From positions 96,001-160,000 of the forward strand of contig CAXXTH010000017.1 in NCBI GenBank assembly GCA_963668025.2: a DNA stretch of 64,000 nt, in the 5' to 3' direction. The notes below the pieces were generated by a model. It made no database searches. It saw only the letters and a list, made by a program, of their open reading frames with translations, and had not been told where the DNA came from. This stretch comes from Candidatus Hydrogenedentota bacterium (GTDB lineage: Bacteria > Hydrogenedentota > Hydrogenedentia > Hydrogenedentales > SLHB01). Within the stretch, counting starts at the first letter, position 1. Each line of letters starts with the position of its first letter. The position numbers and the translations under genes are program-made. Positions 1 to 7,597 of the stretch are shown in pieces.

Positions 1-2
1 CC

Positions 3-281
3 TTTCTTCCCGCCACGCTCACCATCACCCGCAGCCGCTGCGGGAACCCGCGCTGCCGGTGCGTCCAGGAAGGGCCGATCCATGAAACGGCCCTGCTGAC
101 GTGGAAGGAGGGCGGGAAGACCCGCACCCTCCACGTGCCCCGTGAATTGCGCCGCGAAGTGGCGCAATGGATTGAGGAATGGAAAAAGCTCAAGAAGCTC
201 GTCGAGGCCATGGGCGCGGCCCAACGGCAGTTCCTGCAAACCCGCAAGAAGAGCATCCGGAAATCATCCGGGCCTTCTTGA
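3..281 (+). CDS. DUF6788-like small IS-associated protein (5' partial; absent from the ORF track)
   Basis: Frame 3 is open from the window edge to TGA at 279-281: FLPATLTITRSRCGNPRCRCVQEGPIHETALLTWKEGGKTRTLHVP...WIEEWKKLKKLVEAM. The RCGxPxCxC..H motif followed by a helix is typical of DUF6788 proteins found beside transposases. Confidence 0.75.
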   Translation, partial: FLPATLTITRSRCGNPRCRCVQEGPIHETALLTWKEGGKTRTLHVPRELRREVAQWIEEWKKLKKLVEAMGAAQRQFLQTRKKSIRKSSGPS

Positions 282-1615
282 GGACGTTCACCCACTTCTT
301 TGGCCCGGTGCGCAAGCGCTTTGCGGGCTTGCCCGATCCCCGCAAACCCGAGCAAGCCGGCGACGTGGACTACAGTGTCGCGTCGCTGGTGTTCTTGGGA
401 GTGCTGATGTTCGCATGCCGGCTCGGGGCGCGCCGGCAAGTCCGCCTGCAGTTGTACACGACGTTCATGGTCCATCTGTACAAGGTCTTGTTTGACGTGG
501 ACAGCGTGCCGCATGGCGATACGATGAACGGGGTATTTCGCGGTTTGCCGTTCGAGGCGGTCCAGGAACTCGTTTCCGGCATGACGCAGACGCTCATCGA
601 CAAGAAGGTGTTGTACCCCCACCGCCTGTTCGGGCGCTACTACGTGGCGGCCATCGACGCCACGGGGACACGCAGTTATGATCATCGCCACTGCGCCCAT
701 TGCCTCACGCGCAAGCACAAGAGCGGCAAGATCACCTACTACCATCCCGTGCTGGAGTCCAAGATCGTCACGCCAAACGGGTGGGTCTTTTCGCTCATGA
801 CGGAGTTCATTGAGAATCCAGAGAAAGACCTGGCGAAAAGCGAGCAACAACGCAAGCAGGATTGCGAGACCAAAGCCTTCTACCGGCTGGCCCCACGCCT
901 GCATGCCCGATTCCCCCGCTTGCCGCTGCTGTTGGCGATGGACGGCCTGTACGCCACGGGACCGGTGTTTCGGCTGTGCCAGCAATATGGCTGGAAGTTC
1001 ATGATTACGCTCACGGACGGCCAATTGGCCACCGTGAACGAAGAATTCGAGAGCCTCGCGGCCGCGACGCCCGAAAACCAGCTTACGTGGCGTTGCGGCA
1101 ACAAGAAGGAAATCCACCAGCAGTTTCGCTGGGTCAACGACATCCCCTACCGCGATTCCGAGCGGCGTGAACACATCCTGTCCGTGCTCGAATGCGTGGA
1201 CACCCGCCCGGACGCGGAAGGCATGATAAAGAAAACCAAGTTCAAATGGGTGACCAACGTATCCGTATCCGCGCACAATGCGGCCGCCTTGGCCAATGAA
1301 GGAGGACGCTTACGCTGGAAGATTGAAAATGAAGCATTCAACGTGCAGAAAAACGGCGGCTACAACCTCGAACACGCCTATACCCAAAACGAACAGGCCA
1401 GCAAGATCTACTACCTCTTGATGCAGATAGCCCATCTGCTCATGCAACTCCTGGAGGATGGCAGCCTTCTGGCCGCCCACTTTCCAAAAGGCTTTGGCTC
1501 CGCCAGAAACCTTGCCCATCGCCTCCTCGAAGCCCTGCGCAACGCCACCCTGTCCCGCGAACAATATGACGCCCTCTGCACCGAGGCCATCCAGATCCGC
1601 TTCAGTTCCGCATAG
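179..1615 (+). CDS. DDE transposase (IS4/ISAs1/ISNCY-like)
   Basis: Motifs LPDPR, AIDATG, HCAHC, KQDCE, DGLY and GRLRWKIENEAFNVQKNGGYNLEH. Confidence 0.9.
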   Translation: MEKAQEARRGHGRGPTAVPANPQEEHPEIIRAFLRTFTHFFGPVRKRFAGLPDPRKPEQAGDVDYSVASLVFLGVLMFACRLGARRQVRLQLYTTFMVHLYKVLFDVDSVPHGDTMNGVFRGLPFEAVQELVSGMTQTLIDKKVLYPHRLFGRYYVAAIDATGTRSYDHRHCAHCLTRKHKSGKITYYHPVLESKIVTPNGWVFSLMTEFIENPEKDLAKSEQQRKQDCETKAFYRLAPRLHARFPRLPLLLAMDGLYATGPVFRLCQQYGWKFMITLTDGQLATVNEEFESLAAATPENQLTWRCGNKKEIHQQFRWVNDIPYRDSERREHILSVLECVDTRPDAEGMIKKTKFKWVTNVSVSAHNAAALANEGGRLRWKIENEAFNVQKNGGYNLEHAYTQNEQASKIYYLLMQIAHLLMQLLEDGSLLAAHFPKGFGSARNLAHRLLEALRNATLSREQYDALCTEAIQIRFSSA

Positions 1616-2041
1616 GGCGCCCGCGCGTTCCCGGTTGCGCCGCCGCCCTACACGTCTCGCCCATCCATTCACCGGCTTTACGCACAGCCGCTGCCCCTCC
1701 TGTCGCCTGTCGGCCTCGCCACCCCCCGTCTAACCCGCATCACCTCAACGCCTGACCCTGGGGCGCCGCTATTCTTCACCGCTGGATGGGATGCCGCATA
1801 CTTGCCGTGGCGGCATGAACCAGGGTATCCTTGTGCATGGTTTGTTTTATGACTAAAGCTAGGCCGCTATAAAAAACAGCGGATCTGAAACCAGGGGGAA
1901 TCACGTTGAAACATATTCATACGATTGCGAAACAGCCGCCCATGCGCGCCTATTATGTGGATCAAGGCCCATTCATGGATTTTCTCGCCAAAGCGCTGCC
2001 CTTCGCACTGGATATAGCGACACAGGACAAGCAAACGGCGT

Positions 2042-2067
2042 AGGCGCATGCGAGAAGGCATGCGCCT
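2042..2067. terminator. Hairpin, possible terminator
   Basis: AGGCGCATGC-gagaag-GCATGCGCCT, 10 bp past the stop of the minus-strand gene; weak U-tract. Confidence 0.35.
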
Positions 2068-2076
2068 TTCCGGCGC

Positions 2077-3057
2077 TTACTCTTCGGTTCGGTGAATTAC
2101 TTTGCGGAGCTGGTGGGCTTTTTTGCGCGCATGTGCGTTAGCGGGGTCAATTTGGAGGATCGACTCCATGATTCCGAGCGCACGCACATAGTCATGTCGT
2201 TTGATATGCTGGACGCCAATATTGTAATGGGTCGCAAGCAATTTGCGCTGCACACGCCCGCATAACGGATGTTTGTGTTTCGCCATGTCATATTGCTCGA
2301 GCGCGGCTTCATAATTGCGCGTCTCAAAGAAGAAATCACCCATGGTCTCCTCTTGAGACAGATCGCTGCCGCGCAAGGCGGACGCCCGCTCTTCCTTGCG
2401 CCGCGCCACCATCCGGGCGTATTCCTCTGTCGAGTATACACCCGAGATCGCTGTCTTCTCGACCAGTGCGCTGACGGTATTCGTGGATTGATCTTTCAAA
2501 AAAACGGCAAAGCGTGCGGCGTTCGGGTCGGACTGGTGCAGCAGATAACCATGCAGCACATCGCCATCATTAAATTCCACGACCACTTCCCGCCCCAGAT
2601 TTTCTGCTTGCACATAACTCTGGGTGCGGTCAAACTCACCATCTACACTTTTCACGTGCAAAATGGCTTTCAGATCCTTGAAGTGTACTTGCTTGGACTC
2701 GCTGGTCACCCGGCCTTGCATATCCACCCGGTCTAAATAGAACGAGTCATTGCGCGGATTGAGGTTATAACAGACTCCATACTCCGTGTGTCCATCCGAA
2801 TACCGCACGCAGAAGATTTGCCGGTGATGACGCGTTCGGTTATCTTCCGCGTGTTTATCTTCTTCTGGCTGGGCTTGTTCTTTATGCTCGCGCCAGCGCT
2901 GGAGCAATTTATCCGCCAAGCCTGCCTGGTGTATGTCGATGACAATCAAGCCCGCGGAACCGATCTCGTGCAGCGCATCCGCCTCATGGGGAGCCTCAAT
3001 AAGCCCCGAGCACTCTTTGCCTTCTCGATCTACGGCCTTATACGCGAATCTCGGCAC
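2077..3057 (-). CDS. Multidomain protein: PilC/GspF N-terminal-like module, DUF6982-like repeats, C-terminal TPR
   Basis: N-terminus MPRFAYKAVDREGKECSGLIEA resembles the PilC/GspF N-terminus. VRYSDG...DLKAILHVK...VVVEFNDGDVLHG resembles DUF6982. TPR-like helices at the end. RBS AAGGAGG precedes the GTG start. Confidence 0.6.
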   Translation of the reverse strand: MPRFAYKAVDREGKECSGLIEAPHEADALHEIGSAGLIVIDIHQAGLADKLLQRWREHKEQAQPEEDKHAEDNRTRHHRQIFCVRYSDGHTEYGVCYNLNPRNDSFYLDRVDMQGRVTSESKQVHFKDLKAILHVKSVDGEFDRTQSYVQAENLGREVVVEFNDGDVLHGYLLHQSDPNAARFAVFLKDQSTNTVSALVEKTAISGVYSTEEYARMVARRKEERASALRGSDLSQEETMGDFFFETRNYEAALEQYDMAKHKHPLCGRVQRKLLATHYNIGVQHIKRHDYVRALGIMESILQIDPANAHARKKAHQLRKVIHRTEE

Positions 3058-3383
3058 GGCGCACCTCCTTCACCACCGCGAAACCCCTGAATGGCGCGTT
3101 ACTCGCCGAATCAGGTTTAGCGGTATCTCTAATAAAATCACTATTTATACTTTACCATCCCTTCTCTGGCTTGTCAAAAACGCGCAAATCACGCATTATG
3201 AAACCCTTGGAATGCTGCAAAGGTTCCCGCGACTTACTGTTTCTCCTTTCTATCCATTTTACAGTTGAAACGATTTGCTCATCTGATTTACCGTGTCGCG
3301 CACGCATATCGCTCGATGAAGAACATGGAACAGCGTCCGCAACCAAAGAGCGGATTTTAAGAAAACTAAATACACTAAGATTT

Positions 3384-3405
3384 GTAGGGTGGGGCTTGCC
3401 CCACC
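3384..3405 (+). repeat. GTAG-type REP-like palindrome
   Basis: GTAG-GGTGGGG-cttg-CCCCACC in an intergenic region. Confidence 0.55.
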
Positions 3406-3533
3406 GCTCAAGGAATACGCCTATGTAGTCCAGATATAACTATTTGATAAGCAATGCTTTATCATGTAAATCCATGCAAGAAAACAACATTCAGGCAGAT
3501 AGTAATACGAAATAGCAGGAAGGACTACATACC

Positions 3534-4577
3534 ATGCAGAAACTCAGATGTGGCGTTATCGGCCTAGGCATGGGGCGGTTCCATGTGGCAGGATATATCA
3601 GCCATCCCAACGCCGAGGTCGTGTCGATTGCCGACATGTCGCGGGAACGGCTCGACGAGATTGGAGAAATACACCATATCGGTGCGCGCTATACCGATGC
3701 GGAGGAGATGCTCCAGAAAGAATCGCTGGATATCGTGAGCGTGGCCACGCCTAACGCCTATCACAAGCCGTTGACATTGGCGGCGTTTAAAGCAGGCTGC
3801 CATGTGATTTGCGAAAAGCCGATGGCCTTGAATGCCCGGGAAGGCAAGGCCATGGTTGAAGCCGCCAAAAAGGCCGGTAAACGCCTTATGATCAATTTCA
3901 GCTACCGCTTTTATAATCAATCCTGGGCGCTCAAGCAGCAAGTCGAGGCCGGATTACTCGGCAAGGTCTACTACGCGACCACGCAATGGCATCGCAGGCG
4001 CGGCATTCCCACCATGGGGAGCCATTTCACCACGAAGGCCCTTTCCGGCGGCGGGCCGCTGATCGACCTAGGCGTCCATCGGCTCGATCTCGCGTTGTGG
4101 CTCATGGGTTATCCCAAGCCCGTGTGGGTCATGGGCGGCGCGTATGACCCCATCGCCCGGGAACTGGCGCTGCAAACAAACAAGACCTACGACGTGGAAG
4201 ATTTCGCCGCCGGGCAAGTGCGCTTCGAAGATGGCGCGACACTGACCATCGAGGCGTCATGGGCGTCGAACCGGTTTGAAAACGAGCATATGGAAACGCG
4301 CTTGTATGGCGATAAAGGCGGGCTCGTGCAGCACAACATCAATCAAGACTACCAGTTCGAAGCGGAAATGTTCATGGAAAAAATGGGCAGCCAATTGGAT
4401 GTTAAAGTCCATTCCGTAGGGGATTGCCCCCCCTCGGCCATGCACCACTTCGTGGACTGCATCGTGAACGATAAGCCCCACACCGCTACGGGGGAAGAAG
4501 CCCTTATTGTGCAGGAAATCCTGGATGCGATTTACGCCAGCGCCCAGAAGGGCGCGCCGGTGCGCATCAAGTCCTAG
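3534..4577 (+). CDS. Gfo/Idh/MocA family NAD-dependent oxidoreductase
   Basis: GVIGLGMG Rossmann motif, CEKP, GGGPLIDLGVH. Confidence 0.92.
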   Translation: MQKLRCGVIGLGMGRFHVAGYISHPNAEVVSIADMSRERLDEIGEIHHIGARYTDAEEMLQKESLDIVSVATPNAYHKPLTLAAFKAGCHVICEKPMALNAREGKAMVEAAKKAGKRLMINFSYRFYNQSWALKQQVEAGLLGKVYYATTQWHRRRGIPTMGSHFTTKALSGGGPLIDLGVHRLDLALWLMGYPKPVWVMGGAYDPIARELALQTNKTYDVEDFAAGQVRFEDGATLTIEASWASNRFENEHMETRLYGDKGGLVQHNINQDYQFEAEMFMEKMGSQLDVKVHSVGDCPPSAMHHFVDCIVNDKPHTATGEEALIVQEILDAIYASAQKGAPVRIKS

Positions 4578-4644
4578 CAGGCCGCCATTCCAGGAGCGGC
4601 CCCGCCTCTGCTAAAATGGCCGCCTGGATTTGGGATGATATGGG

Positions 4645-5598
4645 ATGACCTATCGGCGGCGGATAGTATGGTCGGCTGTGGCGGCCCTGGCGCTCCATGT
4701 GATGTTTCTCATATGGGCTGCCTGGGCCGTTACCTGGACTCCTGCGCTGCCGGGGCGCATGGTCCGGGAAGAGCCCCTCGTGCTCAATTTGAAACCGCCC
4801 CAGCCGCCCAAACGGCTTATCGATACGCAAGTGGCCTCCGAGGAACCCATCGATCCGCGCACGGATCTCATCTCGGACAAGAATTCCAAGGCCAGCGATA
4901 GGTCCGGCATCGAAGGAGAACGCCCCGCGCCGCACATGGACAAGGAGTCTGGCTTTGACGAACTCGGAGGCGTGGCCGCACCGCCCACACCGCCGGTTCC
5001 CGTCGTAAAACCTGCTCCTCCCGCGCCTGCTCCTGGACCGCCCGCGCCCAAGCCTGCTCCTGAAAAACAAGCTTCCCCCTCTAAAAGCACGGTCGTAGCG
5101 AAAGAACCCGCGCCAAAACCTGCCGCACAGGATGAGTCTCAGGCAGAACGCTTCGATGTAGCCCGGGCGGAACCTACTCCGCCCGAAGCGGCCCCATCCC
5201 TCCCTCCTGCCCCAGCGAAACGGACCGCCACGCTGGAAGGGCGTCCGCAGGGCGGAGTATCCGACAGAGGCTTCGTGGGCTTCGAGGCGTACAAAGATGA
5301 GCTGGCTCCCTATCTCAAAAACATCCGCAGCCGCGTCGAAGGCCAATGGAAGGCCGCGCTGCAATTGCGGTATTCCGGCACGGAGCCCACCGAGGCCGTG
5401 CTCAATTGCGCCATTTCCCCCGATGGCCGCCTGGTGTCCGTCGATATCATCGAGCCTGGCAATTCGCCCACCTATGCCGCCCTATGCAAAATGGCGATGG
5501 AACGCGCCGCACCTTTCGGGCCTTTCCCTTTTAAAGTGCCAGAGATCTACCGCTCACAGAATCTGGAAATCCACTGGACCTTTTCATTCTTCAAATAG
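4645..5598 (+). CDS. TonB/TolA-like energy transducer
   Basis: N-terminal TM helix with conserved His (ALALHV), Pro-rich linker, TonB-C-like domain ending AAPFGPFP. Confidence 0.8.
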   Translation: MTYRRRIVWSAVAALALHVMFLIWAAWAVTWTPALPGRMVREEPLVLNLKPPQPPKRLIDTQVASEEPIDPRTDLISDKNSKASDRSGIEGERPAPHMDKESGFDELGGVAAPPTPPVPVVKPAPPAPAPGPPAPKPAPEKQASPSKSTVVAKEPAPKPAAQDESQAERFDVARAEPTPPEAAPSLPPAPAKRTATLEGRPQGGVSDRGFVGFEAYKDELAPYLKNIRSRVEGQWKAALQLRYSGTEPTEAVLNCAISPDGRLVSVDIIEPGNSPTYAALCKMAMERAAPFGPFPFKVPEIYRSQNLEIHWTFSFFK

Positions 5599-5616
5599 CG
5601 GCGCAAGGCCGTCGGC

Positions 5617-5645
5617 TTGACAGCCCGGCAGAAACAAGGTATAAC
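5617..5645 (+). promoter_or_regulatory. Sigma70-type promoter of the repressor-metallothionein operon
   Basis: TTGACA(5617-5622)-17 bp-TATAAC(5640-5645). Confidence 0.7.
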
Positions 5646-5647
5646 TA

Positions 5648-5673
5648 TACATATGAACAGCAATGCATACGTT
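5648..5673. promoter_or_regulatory. SmtB/CzrA-type 12-2-12 operator
   Basis: TACATATGAACA-gc-AATGCATACGTT, an imperfect inverted repeat with a TGAACA core that overlaps the start codon. Confidence 0.55.
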
Positions 5674-6027
5674 AAATCGAATGGGGCGGACATCGCTCCG
5701 GTTGCTATTCCCCCCTTGTCGGAACAGCAACAGCAACGGCTGGGCGAGATGTTTCGCCTGCTGGGCGAGCCCAGCCGCTTGCGCATTCTGCTGGCTTGCC
5801 AGGAAACGCCCCGGTGCGTATGCGACATTGCCCAAGAATCCGGCTTGTCGCCCTCGCTGGTGAGCCAGCATCTCCGTTTGTTGCGTGCGGGCAACCTGGT
5901 GGCGTGCGAGCGCGACGGCAAACATGTGTTTTACCGCGTGGCCGACAGGCACGTGTTTCAAATGCTATCGGTGATGGCCGAACATGCAAACCACGAGTGG
6001 CGCGAGCCCTTAGAGGAGCTGGAATAA
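5653..6027 (+). CDS. smtB: ArsR/SmtB family metal-sensing repressor
   Basis: EPSRLRIL, CVCD (alpha3 site), VSQHLRLLR and alpha5 motif D-x-H-x10-H-x2-H (DRHVFQMLSVMAEHANH). Confidence 0.88.
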   Translation: MNSNAYVKSNGADIAPVAIPPLSEQQQQRLGEMFRLLGEPSRLRILLACQETPRCVCDIAQESGLSPSLVSQHLRLLRAGNLVACERDGKHVFYRVADRHVFQMLSVMAEHANHEWREPLEELE

Positions 6028-6028
6028 G

Positions 6029-6196
6029 ATGAAAGTGCAATGTGCGTGTACAGCGTGCTCCACTGAAATGGAAAAGGAAGAGGCGTTTGAAAAAGATGGC
6101 CTCTATTATTGCGGCGAAGATTGTGTCACCGCTGGGCACGATACCAAGGCCCAAACCAGCGGCTGTGGCCATCCGAAATGCGAATGCGCTTCATGA
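6029..6196 (+). CDS. smtA: Prokaryotic metallothionein, 55 aa (absent from the ORF track)
   Basis: MKVQCACTACSTEMEKEEAFEKDGLYYCGEDCVTAGHDTKAQTSGCGHPKCECAS matches the SmtA pattern CxCxxC...GLYYC..C..GH...GCGH..CxC. Starts 1 nt after the smtB stop, with RBS GAGGAG. Confidence 0.92.
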   Translation: MKVQCACTACSTEMEKEEAFEKDGLYYCGEDCVTAGHDTKAQTSGCGHPKCECAS

Positions 6197-6397
6197 AACC
6201 AAATAGTTTGCGCCAGCAGTACCGCGCGAAGCCTGGCAAGTATAGCAGTGCTTTATGTGTTATATTATTAATAATTTAGAACTCTCGCCACGGGAACACA
6301 CAGAGTACCTAAATAGGTTTCGGCTCCACCGGCAGCATGGGTGGTAAAAACCTGTTCGCTCAATTTCTTCGAGTGTATAGATAGCTGGCCGCCGAAT

Positions 6398-7033
6398 TTA
6401 TTCGGCGGCGGGTAGCGCTTCGGCGTCGAAAGCTATGGCGTCGGCCTGCACGGGCACATTCCAGAAATGAGTATCGAGAAAGCGCTGCCACACGGTAAGT
6501 TGATCGGCTGGAACACGCATGCCGAAGCGCGGCAGCCATGCGGGCCGGACGGGCCGCCGTAGAAGGGGCATGCCCGCCTCTTCGGGGGTGCGGCTGCCTT
6601 TATGTACGTTGCACTTCATGCAGGCCACCACGAGATTCTCCCAGGATTCGCCTCCGCCGCGCGAGTGGGGAATGACGTGGTCAATCGTGAGCTGCGAGCG
6701 AGGCAAGAGCGTTCCGCAGTATTGGCACAGGTTGCGGTCACGCTCGAAGATACTCTGGCGGGAGAAACGCGCTTCGCATCGGATAAAATCATTGAAATGC
6801 GTGAGCAGGATTACTTCTGGAATGCGTACACGCAGGGTCGGGGTGTAAATGTGCCGGCCACGCAGGCCAGTCTGGGAGAGTTCGAGCCAGTCTTCGAATC
6901 CGTAAAGCGAGTAATCCTCGGGGTGTACCGCGCGGGCCATGCCAATGTAAAGAAGGCTCAGGGCGCGGCGGGCCGCCGTGATATGTACGGCTGCCCAGGA
7001 CTTGTTGAGGACGAGGACGTGCGTGTTCAACAT
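6398..7033 (-). CDS. HNH endonuclease (McrA-like)
   Basis: VLVLN N-terminus; RD..CQYCG...TIDHVIPHSRGG..SWENLVVACMKCNVHKG. Confidence 0.9.
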   Translation of the reverse strand: MLNTHVLVLNKSWAAVHITAARRALSLLYIGMARAVHPEDYSLYGFEDWLELSQTGLRGRHIYTPTLRVRIPEVILLTHFNDFIRCEARFSRQSIFERDRNLCQYCGTLLPRSQLTIDHVIPHSRGGGESWENLVVACMKCNVHKGSRTPEEAGMPLLRRPVRPAWLPRFGMRVPADQLTVWQRFLDTHFWNVPVQADAIAFDAEALPAAE

Positions 7034-7138
7034 CGCAACGCCCCCCCCACGCGCAGGCGCAACGTTTGCCCGCGCGCCGACTCCGTACATCGGATTCCGG
7101 GATGCTCCCGGATTTTAGTACTTCGAGCGTTCTTTTGA

Positions 7139-7489
7139 CTACCCTTTCGACAAGGTATCGAGCTTGGTCCTTAGCTCGTTAAGCGCCAATTTAAGCTCCA
7201 AATGCTGCCCCTCGAGCCGGGCTTGATATCGGGATATGCCCGCACCCAATAGCAGCACCACGGCCACTACAAAAAGCCCTGTCATGAGCATGATATCGGT
7301 GGCGCCTTCGCTAGGCGGATTCTCCGCCGCACCGGACAACACTTGTTTCAAAAACCATAAAGCCCCTAGAAGGGCCGCGATGAAGCTGGCCAGATTGACA
7401 TACCAGCCGAAACGGAATAAACGCCACGTGCGCTCGCCTCGTTCTTCGGTAAGCCGTTCCACCGCGTTCTCCTCATGATCTTCATGCAC
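7139..7489 (-). CDS. Hypothetical two-TM membrane protein
   Basis: Two hydrophobic segments and a C-terminal coiled-coil-like tail. Confidence 0.6.
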   Translation of the reverse strand: MHEDHEENAVERLTEERGERTWRLFRFGWYVNLASFIAALLGALWFLKQVLSGAAENPPSEGATDIMLMTGLFVVAVVLLLGAGISRYQARLEGQHLELKLALNELRTKLDTLSKG

Positions 7490-7597
7490 GCAAGGCTCCG
7501 CCGCCCCATACCCGCTACGCTGAGTATAGGACTCCGTTCAAAATGCTGTCAAATTAATCTTGCATGAGGCTTTGCATCAGAAAAGGCGTCCGTCCGC

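Larger units (their letters stand above)
1..1615 (+). mobile_element. IS element carrying DUF6788-like ORF and transposase; left end is outside the window, right end not resolved
   Basis: Two overlapping IS-type ORFs. A C-rich non-coding tail continues to about 1790. Confidence 0.7.

Noticed and set aside
4960-5230. Low-complexity CCG/CCT-rich repeats
   Set aside because: Explained by the Pro-rich TonB linker.
6398-7033. HNH nuclease as part of a defence or Cas system
   Set aside because: No adjacent methylase, ATPase, cas gene or array; it looks like a common stand-alone McrA-like family member.
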